DNA of 64,000 nt from Phyllobates terribilis (GCF_046119375.1 NW_027362761.1:467976001-468040000); one strand, 5' to 3'. Counted from the stretch's first letter, positions 1 through 11,260 are shown. Notes: a model not told the origin generated them from the sequence alone. Numbers and translations: made by a program.

Positions 1-696
1 TCCTTTCTAATGGGAATTTGTCATTACTGTGGCCCTGCTCTATGTGTCTTTAAATTCTTAGTGGGGTTTTTCCTAAAATTGGTCAGCCATTGGACTCCCT
101 GCATACCCTATAACTGTGCAGCAGACCCTCTCCTTTCTTATGGGAACATGTCGTACCTTGTTACTGTGGCCATGCTCTATGTGTCTTTAAATTCTTAGTG
201 GGGTTTTTCCCAAATTTTGGCAGCCCTTGCAGTCATAGCATGGGCATTACCACTATAGGAGACCCGCTCCTTTGTAATGGGAACATTTTTTTTACTAAGA
301 CCCTCCTCTATGTCTCTTCAAAGGGGTATTGGGTTGCATCCAAATTTTTGGCAGCCCTTGCAGTCACTGGATACGCAATAACAGTATAGGAGACCCACTT
401 GTTAATAGTGGGAACAACAAAGCATAGCCGGCTGATGGCTCTCTAACAATAGCGAGGGCCGACTGCTGGCATTTTAAGAATAGTAAGGGCCGTCTGATGT
501 CCCTATAAAAATAGGCTTTATGACTTTCAGAGTCCCTCCATCATAAATAAAACAGGATGTGTCTGATAATGTGTCACACACCACATTGCCAGATAAGGTT
601 GTGAAATGTTAAAATGATATTTCCTTGTGAATGCTTTTGTCTTAAAAAATAACATAAAAAAAACAATAGGATCTTTATTTAGTATAAAAAACAGCG

Positions 697-2870
697 TCAC
701 CAATTTAACCTCAATGTAATCACATTTTTCAGCTCCTGCACTTCCTCCTCCATGTCCGAAATGACCACATCAGTCACAAGCTGACAGCACTGCAGCACTG
801 CCTTGGCCAAGCGGCAACATGCTGTGCTGAAGATAACATGCTTAATGCTTAATTGACAAACCGCCCAGCGCTGCAGAGTTGTTGAAAGCTGTAACACAGC
901 AGCCGGATCTGTGGCTCTCACCGCTGAACATACAGCCAGGCATGGTGGTGTGTGACAATGGGCGGAACCTGGTGATGAAGAAATGACAGCCGGAGTAGAT
1001 ACAGTTTCCCTCTATGCCAGTCCTTTCACCGAGCTAAATACAACTCTCAGCAAAAAAAGCTGTGGACTGGTTCCGTACCGTCCCTGGCCACATTCACCTG
1101 TCCACGTGTTTGTGGGTAGGCGGTGCTTCCCAGTAAGTGCACTGGGGAGGGCACGGTTAATGTTGTGGAACCCGTGCTTGTGGAAGGCAGAGACGATACC
1201 GGGATAAATAATGGCGGCTGGGAACCGAGTATGGATACCCTGTCGCTGCCGCCATAAGATTGAGGACAGCTTCCGCCTCCACGAGCCTAAAAGGCCATAT
1301 TTCAAGTGCAAGCAGCTGCCCAGAAATCTGGCAGTTTAGTGTTGCGGCCTGTGGGTGGGTGGCTGCATATTTGCGCTTGCATTTCAAGTAACAGAAAACT
1401 AAGCAGATGGTGGCCTTTATAATCATCATGGCCTCACCTCGGCACTATGAACTCTCCAGAAGGAGAAGCCAGGGCCCACCAGAGGAGTCTACTGTTCTCT
1501 GGTGGGCCTGTCTAACACTGCCGAGAAGCAGCCCTGGCTAAGAAAAGTGTGGGGGAACATTCCCAGACACTCTATGGCTGCTTTTTTAATGTGGATCGGA
1601 CATGCTTATGCATGTTACTTCTTAAACCGCATTGCAGATCAGGCCATTGTCCAAACTCTGTATTCATGAAATTAAATGCGCAAAGGAAGTTGTTTGTGTG
1701 TCAAAGCACCACCGAGAAGTGTGAGTTGATGTTGGACGGGCTGCAATTGCTTCTGCAACAAGCTGCATTAGAGGACTTCCTGGGAGAAATGACTCCCAGG
1801 GTAAATATGGTTTCCCTCTATGCCAGTCCTTTCACCGAGCTAAATACAACTCTCAGCAAAAAAAAGCTGTGGACTGGCACCGTACTCTTCCTGGCCACAT
1901 TCACCTGTCTACGTATTTGTGGTTAGGCGGTCCTTCCCAGTAAGTGCACTGGGGAGGGCACGGGTAATGTTGTGGGATCCGTGCTTGTGGAAAGCGGAGA
2001 TGATGCCGGGAGAAATAGTGGTGGCTGGGGACCAAGTATGGACACCCGGCCGCCGCCGGCATGAGGTTGTGAAAAGCTTCCGCCTCCACAAGCCTAAAAG
2101 GGCATATTTCAAGTGCAAGTAGCTGCCCAGAAATCTGGCAGTTTAGTGTTGCGGCCTCTGGGTGGGTGGGTGGCTGACTGCATACTTACGCTTGCATTTC
2201 AAGTAACAGAAAACTAAGCAGATGGTGGCCTCTATCATCATCATGGCCTCATCTCGGCACTATGAACTCTCCTGAAGGAGAAGCCAGGGCCCACCGGAGG
2301 AGTCTCCGGTTCTCTGGCGTGCCCGTCCAACCCTGCCGAGAAGCAGCCCTTGCTAAGAAATGTGTGGGGGAAGGTTCCCAGACACTCTATGGCTGCTTTT
2401 TTAATGTGGATCGGACATGCTTATGCATGTTATTTCTAAAACCGCATTGCAGATAAGGCCAATGTCCAACTCTGTATTCATGAAATTAAATGCGCAAAGA
2501 AAGATGTTTGTGTGTCAAAGCACCACCGACAAGTGAAAGTTGATGTTGGACGGGCTGCCATTGCTTCTGCAACAAGCTGCATTAGAGGACTAAATCGGCC
2601 GGCATAAGGTTGTGAAAAGCTTCCGCCTCCACGAACCTAAAAGGCCACATTTCAAGTGCAAGCAGCTGTCAAAAATTTGGCAGTATAGTATTGCAGCCTG
2701 TGAGTGGGTGGCTGGCTGCATCCTTGCGCTTGAATTCCAAGGAATGGGGTAGGGACAACTGAACGCTGCACTGGGACAAGGACGTGGATGGTGATTGTTG
2801 CAATTCTGCAATGACAGGTGCATGCCAGGAGGCATCTTCACATATGCCAAGGACCATTTATGATGGGCAC
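697..2870 (-). pseudogene. hAT transposase fragments in an ~810-bp tandem duplication
   Basis: Translations such as WPFRLVEAEAVLNLMAAATGYPYSVPSRHY and KAVLQCCQLVTDVVIS match the hAT transposase at 22723-24176. GTTTCCCTCTATGCCAGTCC recurs at ~1003 and ~1810; CAGACACTCTATGGCTGC recurs at ~1564 and ~2380. Confidence 0.75.
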
Positions 2871-2943
2871 ACTTTTAGGCACTGACCTGGGAGTCAGAAA
2901 TGCTTCCAGAGGTCTTCCCCATGCTGTTTCCATGTCTTTTCAG

Positions 2944-3365
2944 TGTTATGTTCTGCTACCAAAGCTAAGGAAAGAGAGGAGATCTGTCCCTACTATAAGA
3001 CTCAGCTGAATCCCTACGATGTAACAGGGAACCTGATCCTGCGATCAGACCTGCTAAAGTCCTAATCTAGTCTGTACGAAGACCTATAGATGTGGGGAGG
3101 GAATCCCTACAAGTACTAAGGACTGGAAGGAATATGGGACACCTCCTAACAGAAATAGTAGCAGACAGACGAACAAACAAAATAGATAGAACATAGAGGT
3201 CCGTAGACCAAGCAAACTAACAGTGTTAGATACAGAGCACAGGCTAGCTAGAAAGTAGATATACAATGAAGTCCAGCAAAGCCAGAAGGGCGGAGCAGGA
3301 TTAAATAGGCCAACAAAGTCATGTGACCAGCAAAGGAAAAAAAACCTAACAGCAAGGTTCTAACA
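2944..3365 (-). repeat. 3' LTR (422 bp)
   Basis: TGTTATG...TAACA; matches 7494-7915 except one position found by eye (3112 A vs 7662 T). Confidence 0.97.
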
Positions 3366-3381
3366 GTACCCCCCCTTCTAA
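3366..3381 (-). other. Polypurine tract
   Basis: Minus strand TTAGAAGGGGGGGTAC directly abuts the 3' LTR and overlaps the gag-pol stop codon. Confidence 0.85.
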
Positions 3382-6300
3382 GAGGATCCTCCGGATCCCC
3401 TAGGACCAGGCTTATCAGGAAATCTCCTGTGAAACGCTCTGATAAGTCTGGACGCGGAAACATCATCTGACCTCACCCAAGAGTTATCCTCGGGTCCGAA
3501 ACCTTTCCAGGCCACAAGATACTGCAAACTACCTCTATACCGTCTAGAGTCAAGGATGCGAGAAATTTCATATTCCCCGTCCTCCACCACCGGAGGAACA
3601 GAGGCAGAGGCGTCACCATCCGACACAACAGCTTTTTTTAACAGAGAGACATGAAAGACCGGATTAATTCTCCAGGAGGTAGGAACCTCCAACCTAACAG
3701 CAGATTGGTTGACAACCTGAAGCACCTTAAAGGGCCCTACAAACTTGGGACCCAATTTCTTAGAAGGAATCCTCAACCGCAGATTCCTAGAGGACAACCA
3801 AACCATGTCACCAACAGCGAACAAAACCTCCTGTCGTTTCCTATCAAAGTAGTCTTTAGATTTTCTGTTGGCCTCCTGAAGATTACCACGCACATCCGTC
3901 CAAACTCTTTCCAAATCACCGGAAAAATTCTCCTCCTCAGGCACGGCAGATCCCAACTTGGAGAACGACCCAAACGACGGATGTCTCCCAGAACAACAAA
4001 AAAAAGGCGAACAACCAGCAGAAGAAGATGTATGATTGTTCAGAGCAAATTCAGCAAGTGGCAGAAACTCAGACCACCCCTCTTGATTGTCTGCCACAAA
4101 ACAACGCAAGAACTGCTCAACATCCTGGTTTTTCCTTTCTGTCTGGCCATTAGATTCAGGATGATATCCGGACGAAAACGACAAATGAATTCCCAACCTG
4201 TCACAAAAGGCACGCCAAAAACGAGCCACGAACTGAGGACCCCTATCAGAAACAATGTCAGTAGGAACGCCATGAAGTCTGACAATTTCCTTGACAAAGG
4301 CCTTAGCGAGAGTTTTAGCGCAGGGCAGTTTGACGAAGGGAACCAAGTGACACATCTTGCTAAAACGGTCCACGACCACCCAGATGACAGTAAAACCCTC
4401 AGAGGGGGGAAGGTCAGTTATAAAGTCCATAGCCAAATGTGTCCAAGGAGCACTGGGGACCTCCAAAGGACAAAGCAACCCCGCAGCAGGAGTATGTGAG
4501 GACTTAGATCTAGCACATATAGTACATTGGCGGACCCACTTAATGACTTCCTTCTGCCATTCAGGCCACCAAAAACTGCGACCCACCAGTCTCTTGGTCT
4601 CTGAGATTCCGGGATGACCTGCCAACCGAGATTCGTGACACTCAACAAACAAATCTCTCCTAAAGGTCCCAGGCACAAACAACCTCCCATGAGGAGTGTT
4701 AGATGGGGCATTCTCCTGAGCTTTAAGAATCTCATCTTCCAAAACGGAGTCTAAAGCAGCTATCACAACACCTTCTTGTAAAATGTTTTCCTCTTTCTCA
4801 GCACCGACTATGGGAGAAAAACTGCGAGATAAGGCATCCGCCTTAACATTCTTAGTACCAGGGATGTAAGTAACGGAGAAATTAAACCGCGAGAAAAACA
4901 GTGCCCACCTAGCCTGACGGGCATTCAGGCGCTTGGCAGCATCAAGATATATCAGATTTTTATGACCCGTAAGAACCTGAACGGGAAATTCCGCACCTTC
5001 CAAGAAGTGGCGCCAGTGTTCAAATGCGAGTTTAATAGCCAATAATTCCCGATTACCAATATCGTAATTCAGTTCAGTCTCCGAAAATTTTTTTGAAAAA
5101 AAGGCACAGGGATGTAATCCATCCCCGTTATCCTGAGACAATACTGCGCCAACCCCCACAGAGGAAGCATCAACCTCAACCAAAAACGGCCTAGTAACAT
5201 CAGGCTGCATAAGGATGGGAGCAGAGGTGAACCTCTCCTTGAGATACACAAAAGCTTCAATGGCCTCAGAAGACCACTGAACCGCATCAGCACCTTTCCT
5301 GGTGAGATCAGTCAGAGGTTTGACAATACTAGAAAAATTTTTTATGAATTTTCTGTAGTAATTGGCGAAACCCAAAAACCTCTGTATCGATTTCAAACCA
5401 ATAGGCCTAGGCCATTCCTGCACAGCCTGAACCTTAACCGGATCCATCTCAAAACCTTTGCTGGAGATAATGTAGCCCAAAAAACCAATTCTCTGTACAG
5501 CGAACTCACATTTCTCCAGCTTAGCAAAAAGCGAATTGTCCATTAATAACTGTAATACCTCACGCACGCTCCGCCAATGAGACTCCAGATCTGGCGAATA
5601 AATCAAAATGTCATCCAAATACACAACCACATTTTTACCGATCAAAGGTCTAAGGATGTCATTAATCAGATTCTGAAAAAATGCAGGAGCATTAGTAAGA
5701 CCAAAAGGCATAACCAGATTCTCAAAATGACCCACAGGAGTGTTAAAAGCAGTCTTCCATTCATCACCCTCCTTCATGCGCAACAGATTGTATGCCCCCT
5801 TAAGGTCAATTTTAGAGAACCACTTGGCCCCCAATAACTGGTTAAACAGATCAGGAATCAATGGCAGTGGGTAAGGATTGCGTACCGTAATTTTGTTAAT
5901 CTCACGAAAATCCAGACAAGGACGTAAACCGCCGTCCTTTTTTTTTACAAAAAAAAATCCAACCGCCACAGGAGACTTAGAGGGCCTAATGTGACCGGCG
6001 GCCAAACTTGTCTGTATGTATTCCTCCAAAGCCTTCCTCTCAGGAATAGTAAGGTTAAATAAACGACTTTTAGGAAGAGTCGCTCCAGGGACAAATTCAA
6101 TAGAACAATCATAGTCTCTATGGGGAGGCAAAACCTGCGATTCCTTCTCAGAAAAAACTCTCCAAAAATCCTGAATAGGAACAGGCAATTCTCCCCTATC
6201 CAAAGCTGCAATACGCCCATTACAACACTTGTCATAACATTTATGGCTCCAGGATTTAATTTCACTGGTAGACCAATCCAGTACAGGATTGTGAAATTTT

Positions 6301-7445
6301 AACCAGGGCAAACCCAATATTACTGGAGAAGGCAAGTTATTCAACACTACCAAATCCAATTTCTCATGGTGAACACCATTAATAGTGAGAGGAAATTCAC
6401 TGACCTTGAGAGTAATATTCTTCAAAGGGGAGCCATCCACAGAAACCACAGCAATGGGGGATGATAAAGGTTCAGGTTTTAAATTGAGTTTTTCCACGAA
6501 TCCCCCATCAATTACATTCAGTGTAGACCCGCAATCAACAAACACCCGAAATTCCATTAATTTTTTCTGAGCAATTGTGGAAGCAGCTAAAAATATACCC
6601 TTGGAATTTAAACAGGCAATACGGGCGTGACTGACCATTTTTTTTTCTTTCTTCATCCGAAGCTCACAGCCTTTAATCAAATGACCAGATTTTCCACAAT
6701 AGAAGCACAAGCCTTCCGAAAAACGACGGTCTTTTTCTTGAGAGCGAGGTGCCACCGATCCAATCTCCATCGGTTCACCACTGTTAGTACACACATTATC
6801 ATAACCAGAAACTGACATAGCAGAGGATTTGCTCTCATTAACCCTAGCACGCAGTCTTCTATCCACCCGTATAGCTAATTGCATAGCCTGTTGCAAATCC
6901 TCAGGTGTAGGATAAGCAATTAGCAGGTCTTTAACCCTTTCACTGAGCCCAGCAAGAAATAGACTTTTCAGAGCAGAATCGTTCCACCCTGTTTGAGTGG
7001 ACCAACGACGAAAATGTGTACAATATTTTTCCACATTACCCGGTCCTTGTTTTAGACGTCTCAACTCAGTCTCAGCTGATGCGACACGGTCAGGATCATC
7101 ATATAATAGTCCCAAAGCAGAAAAAAAACTATCCACTGATCTGAAGCATGAATCACTAGGTTTCAAAGAAAAGGCCCACTCCTGAGGCTCTTTCAGCAAA
7201 AGTGACATTATGAACCCTACGCGCTGGGATTCATCCCCAGGGGACTTAGGTCTCAAACGAAAATACAATAAGCAAGCATTTTTAAATGAAAAAAATTCTC
7301 GGTGTTCACCAAAAAATAAATCCGGCAAACATACCTTAGGCTCCAAGAAATGTGCTCCAGGACAGTTACTCACGTGCTGACGGAGTTCGGCCACCTCCAG
7401 AGAGAGTCCCTGCAGGCGATGAGCCAAATCCTGAACCGACACCAT
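3378..7445 (-). CDS. Gag-Pol polyprotein, 1355 aa (CA, CCHC knuckle, PR, RT, RNase H, IN, GPY/F, chromodomain)
   Basis: CFYCGKSGHLIKGC knuckle; VDCGS protease; YLDDILI RT; VDAS/NRELLA RNase H; HESRLAGH...CTIC and MDFI/VSDRG/GQTER integrase; GPKFVGPF; YEISRILDSR...YLVAWKGFGPEDNSW chromodomain. Confidence 0.97.
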   Translation of the reverse strand: MVSVQDLAHRLQGLSLEVAELRQHVSNCPGAHFLEPKVCLPDLFFGEHREFFSFKNACLLYFRLRPKSPGDESQRVGFIMSLLLKEPQEWAFSLKPSDSCFRSVDSFFSALGLLYDDPDRVASAETELRRLKQGPGNVEKYCTHFRRWSTQTGWNDSALKSLFLAGLSERVKDLLIAYPTPEDLQQAMQLAIRVDRRLRARVNESKSSAMSVSGYDNVCTNSGEPMEIGSVAPRSQEKDRRFSEGLCFYCGKSGHLIKGCELRMKKEKKMVSHARIACLNSKGIFLAASTIAQKKLMEFRVFVDCGSTLNVIDGGFVEKLNLKPEPLSSPIAVVSVDGSPLKNITLKVSEFPLTINGVHHEKLDLVVLNNLPSPVILGLPWLKFHNPVLDWSTSEIKSWSHKCYDKCCNGRIAALDRGELPVPIQDFWRVFSEKESQVLPPHRDYDCSIEFVPGATLPKSRLFNLTIPERKALEEYIQTSLAAGHIRPSKSPVAVGFFFVKKKDGGLRPCLDFREINKITVRNPYPLPLIPDLFNQLLGAKWFSKIDLKGAYNLLRMKEGDEWKTAFNTPVGHFENLVMPFGLTNAPAFFQNLINDILRPLIGKNVVVYLDDILIYSPDLESHWRSVREVLQLLMDNSLFAKLEKCEFAVQRIGFLGYIISSKGFEMDPVKVQAVQEWPRPIGLKSIQRFLGFANYYRKFIKNFSSIVKPLTDLTRKGADAVQWSSEAIEAFVYLKERFTSAPILMQPDVTRPFLVEVDASSVGVGAVLSQDNGDGLHPCAFFSKKFSETELNYDIGNRELLAIKLAFEHWRHFLEGAEFPVQVLTGHKNLIYLDAAKRLNARQARWALFFSRFNFSVTYIPGTKNVKADALSRSFSPIVGAEKEENILQEGVVIAALDSVLEDEILKAQENAPSNTPHGRLFVPGTFRRDLFVECHESRLAGHPGISETKRLVGRSFWWPEWQKEVIKWVRQCTICARSKSSHTPAAGLLCPLEVPSAPWTHLAMDFITDLPPSEGFTVIWVVVDRFSKMCHLVPFVKLPCAKTLAKAFVKEIVRLHGVPTDIVSDRGPQFVARFWRAFCDRLGIHLSFSSGYHPESNGQTERKNQDVEQFLRCFVADNQEGWSEFLPLAEFALNNHTSSSAGCSPFFCCSGRHPSFGSFSKLGSAVPEEENFSGDLERVWTDVRGNLQEANRKSKDYFDRKRQEVLFAVGDMVWLSSRNLRLRIPSKKLGPKFVGPFKVLQVVNQSAVRLEVPTSWRINPVFHVSLLKKAVVSDGDASASVPPVVEDGEYEISRILDSRRYRGSLQYLVAWKGFGPEDNSWVRSDDVSASRLIRAFHRRFPDKPGPRGSGGSS

Positions 7446-7482
7446 GATGGAACAGAAAAATCTTTCCTTAGAGAATTTGCAG

Positions 7483-7491
7483 GCTGGACTT
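7483..7491 (-). other. Primer-binding site, self-priming type
   Basis: Minus-strand AAGTCCAGC 2 nt after the 5' LTR is complementary to GCTGGACTT inside the LTR (7819-7827), which begins ~24 nt downstream of the TATTTAA end. No TGG-type tRNA PBS is present. Confidence 0.75.
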
Positions 7492-7493
7492 AC

Positions 7494-7915
7494 TGTTATG
7501 TTCTGCTACCAAAGCTAAGGAAAGAGAGGAGATCTGTCCCTACTATAAGACTCAGCTGAATCCCTACGATGTAACAGGGAACCTGATCCTGCGATCAGAC
7601 CTGCTAAAGTCCTAATCTAGTCTGTACGAAGACCTATAGATGTGGGGAGGGAATCCCTACATGTACTAAGGACTGGAAGGAATATGGGACACCTCCTAAC
7701 AGAAATAGTAGCAGACAGACGAACAAACAAAATAGATAGAACATAGAGGTCCGTAGACCAAGCAAACTAACAGTGTTAGATACAGAGCACAGGCTAGCTA
7801 GAAAGTAGATATACAATGAAGTCCAGCAAAGCCAGAAGGGCGGAGCAGGATTAAATAGGCCAACAAAGTCATGTGACCAGCAAAGGAAAAAAAACCTAAC
7901 AGCAAGGTTCTAACA
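7494..7915 (-). repeat. 5' LTR (422 bp)
   Basis: Direct repeat of 2944-3365; TATA-like TATTTAA on the minus strand at 7851-7857. Confidence 0.97.
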
Positions 7916-8538
7916 TTCAGCACTGTATGCATGTGTCTGATGATGTGTCACACACCACATGGCCAGATAAGGTTGTAAAATGTTAAAATTACATTTCCCA
8001 GTGAATGCATTTGTCTTTGTTGAAAGCAATGCAAAAGTGGAAAAATGCATCAAAAACGCTACGTGTGATCATAGCCCAAGGTTTGGAGGAGTATTTTTGG
8101 TTTTGGTTATTTATTTTGCCTTATGTACAAGTCATTACCCTGGAAAGGATGTTCCTTAATATATTTCCAAGGAAAATCCATTTTGGTTTTGTTTTTGTAT
8201 GCTTTATTGTGAATCCGTAAAAGTGGCGTAATACTCTGACAACATTGTTGACAGGAGTGACCTGGGAGTCAGAAATGCTTCCAGGGGTCTTCCCCATGCT
8301 GTTCCCATGTCATTTGAGCACTGTTTCCATCGATTTGGGCAATTTTTAGGCCCTCTGCAGACCGCCGGGGGGAGCTACCTGAAAAATGCTTGAGTTTCCC
8401 ATAGACTTACATTGGGCTCGTTGCTTGGGTCAAGCACCCGAGTATTCCAATTTGCTCGACCCGAGCAATGAGTACCCGAGCATTTTAGTGCTCGCTCATC
8501 ACTACTGGTCAGTTTTACTTGCTTTGGAATAAAATATA

Positions 8539-8950
8539 CAGTACTGTGCAAAAGTTTTGGGCAAGTATGGTAAAAATGTTACCAAGTAAGAATACTTTCA
8601 AAAATAGACGTGTTAATACTTTATTTTTATTAGTTAACAAAATTTCAAAGTGAATTAACAAAAGAGAAATCTAAATCAAATTAATATTCAGTGTGACCAC
8701 GATTTGCCTTCAAAACTGCAACAAAGCATAAATTCTTCTAGGTATTGTATATTTGCATAAAGTTTTTAAAGGAATTCAGCAAGGAGATTGTACAAAATAT
8801 CTTAGTGGACCACCCATAGATTTTTTGTTGGTGTGGGTTTGCGAAAATCCTTCTGTTATGTAATCCCACACAGATTTGATGATTTTGAGGTCTCTGTTGA
8901 GGCCGATTCATCACTTCCAGGACTCCTTATCTTCTTTATGTTGAAAACAT
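8539..8950 (-). mobile_element. Tc1/mariner fragment (one TIR and 3' end)
   Basis: TA-CAGTACTGTGCAAAAGTTTTGGG Tc1-type terminus followed by degraded 3' transposase-like sequence. Right boundary approximate. Confidence 0.55.
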
Positions 8951-9059
8951 TTTTCTAAGCATTTTCAAAAGTTGTCAGATTCAGTTTTGAAATGAGCCAT
9001 TTCTTAATGATTTTGACTTTCTGAATTAAATTCTGACAATGAAAATGTTCAGTTGGCTC

Positions 9060-10150
9060 CTGTTTCTATGATATCAAAGAGTTTTCCTTTTAATGCTACA
9101 TATAATTAATGCATAAAAGTTTCAGTATTTTGAAACATTATTATTTTTGCAGATATAAAGATGCAGAATATTTTGTTGACTGCAAAATCAACTGGAATTG
9201 AAGGTAGCACCTTGCAATTATGCAGCAAGGTGGCTTTTAGGCTTGTTTTGGATGAATCAGTGAAGGGCATCCATTCCTCTGCATTATGACTTATCTTCAG
9301 AGCTTCCATTAAACTGTTGATGTTGTTGCATGCGACAAGATTGCCCTCCATGAAGAAGTCTTGGGCAAGAATTTTATCACGGTTGAGAAACAAAAAAATC
9401 ATCGCCCACTAGGAGATTCCACTGCTATAGCCTGTAAACCTAAGAGCTCAGCCTTACTCTTGGACAGATCCAAATCTCTACCAAGATCATTCAGTTTACT
9501 TTGTTTTATAAGGTGGGGTTCAGATGAGGTTGCTGACAGAAAGCCTGGGACATGAGATGAAGATACTTCATGACACCTAGTCCTCACTTGGCTGAAAATG
9601 TTTCTGATGCTTTTGGAACTGACACTTCTTCTGCATATGGTACTGGGTGTATTGCAGATGGAGTATTTGAATACTGATAAGTCCACTTCTTCTTTCTTGA
9701 AACTCCTTTCTTAATCGGGGGCACCATGCAGAGATAGCAATTGGTAGTGTGACCGGTTTGCTCTCTCCATATCATTGAGACTACAAAAGGCATAGATTGC
9801 CTTTTTCCATGCAACCACTGGGTAAGATGTGATGCACATCTATTGCAGCATATGTGTTGAGCCCAACTCTTGTCCTGATCTTCTTTTCTGCAGCCAAAAC
9901 ACAGGTTGTAGGCTTTCCTTATCATGGTAGTCAAGTTTCGCCTTTGTGATCCAAAAGTGAATTCTCTGAATATGCAGAAAAAACTATCCGCTTTGTTAAT
10001 GCAAGAATGAGGCATATCTGAAAAAACATATAGAAATATGTCAATATTTGGAAACTAAGCTAAGAGATCCTAAAATTGTATATGTTACACAGAGAGCATT
10101 TATAAAAGTAGGTGATTTGCCATTTTTTGATTGGTCACCCTAAGATGGTA
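9060..10150 (-). pseudogene. Degraded DNA transposase, probably CMC/Chapaev3-type
   Basis: Frameshifted pieces MPHSCINKADSFFCIF...QDKSWAQHICCNRC...WREQTGHTTNCYLC, LNDLGRDLDLSKSKAELLG and FTDSSKTSLKATLLHN resemble the Cys-rich N-terminus and core I recall for Chapaev3-type transposases. Family assignment is from memory. Confidence 0.55.
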
Positions 10151-10389
10151 GAATGCTGAAGGCTCAATAGACTAAATAGATGATGTAATGAAGTAATAAA
10201 CGAGCTACTAGCAGTGCAATAATGATAATTAGATAATAAAAAAGCATGTTTTTATAAGCCTGCATGAATGGCGTCATGAATATTTGCAATGTCCTTTGGA
10301 TCTTGAAAATTAGAGCCTATCAGCAAATTTAAGCATCATATTAGTTTTCAGAACCACAAAATGAGTTAGTTTCAACTATTTTCGTCTAA

Positions 10390-11260
10390 GACCGTAGATG
10401 CAATGGTCAGCCAAGGAAAATCAGTGCAGCAGATGAAAGACACATCATGCTTGCATCTTTTTGAAATTGGAAGATGTCCAGCATTGCTATAAGTTCAGAA
10501 CTGGCAGCAACCAGTGGAAATCAGATGAACTCATCTACTGTTCAGAGAAGTCTATCATTAAGTCGTCTTTTTGAAAAATATGGTCCAAAAGCATAGTTTG
10601 GGAATAGAATCAAGGCTAAGAGACCAAACTATGCATAAAAACATAGGAACTGGGATGCAGAAAAATCACATCTAGACTGATTATTCAAATTGGGAAATAT
10701 TTAGCTGTAACAGAAGACTGTTTGCAGAAAGTTTGGAAAACAGTACAATAATGAGGGTCTGCATCCAAGGCAACAGTGAAGCATTGTGGAGGTTCTTTGC
10801 AGGAATATGGCTTCATTTCAGCAAATTAAGTTGGGAATTTGGTCAAGATTAATGGTGTCCTCAGTGCTGAGAAATACAGGCAGATACTTATCTATCCTGT
10901 AGTGCGATCTAGAAGGTGTCTTAAAATGTATCCTCCCACAGTACAGCAACTCTAAACTTGCTGTCAATGTCATTAAGAACTATCATTAAAAAAGCACAAG
11001 ATGTCCGGTGAGTGAAAATATGACCCCCAAAGAGCCCCTATCTCACCTTTATCATGTCTGCGTGAGTTTACATGAAGAAACAGAAAGATTTGTGCAAGTC
11101 TACATTCAAAAAAGATCTGTATTTAGTTCTCCAATATGGTTGAAACAACCTCCCTGCTGAGTTTTTTCAAAAAATCTGTGCAAGTGTACCTAGACTAATT
11201 GATTCTGTTTTAAAAGCAATGGGTGGTCACAACCAAATATTGCTTTGAGATTAATTTTTC
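10390..11260 (+). pseudogene. Highly degraded Tc1 transposase relic
   Basis: Remnants of PRKISAADERHI, TVKHCGGS and (W)PPKSPYLT motifs, with many stops and frameshifts. Confidence 0.6.

Larger units (their letters stand above)
2944..7915 (-). mobile_element. Full-length Ty3/Gypsy chromovirus (Tf1/sushi-like) LTR retrotransposon
   Basis: Two 422-bp TG...CA LTRs, 5-bp TSD TTCAG (2939-2943 and 7916-7920), a PPT, and one gag-pol ORF ending in a chromodomain. Confidence 0.97.
1..8504 (+). mobile_element. 3' part of a rearranged hAT element (family 2), interrupted by a Gypsy insertion
   Basis: Ends in GCTCGCTCATCACTA (8490-8504), the same terminus as 25589-25603, with GCTCG/CGAGC subterminal repeats. 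Segments 200-680 and 7930-8400 are reverse-complement homologs of 18430-19200. Degenerate ~140-bp repeats at 1-420. The 5' end lies outside the window. Confidence 0.7.

Noticed and set aside
7470-7493. tRNA-type PBS for the chromovirus
   Set aside because: No TGG start or recognisable tRNA 3' complement; the LTR-internal complement explains it better.
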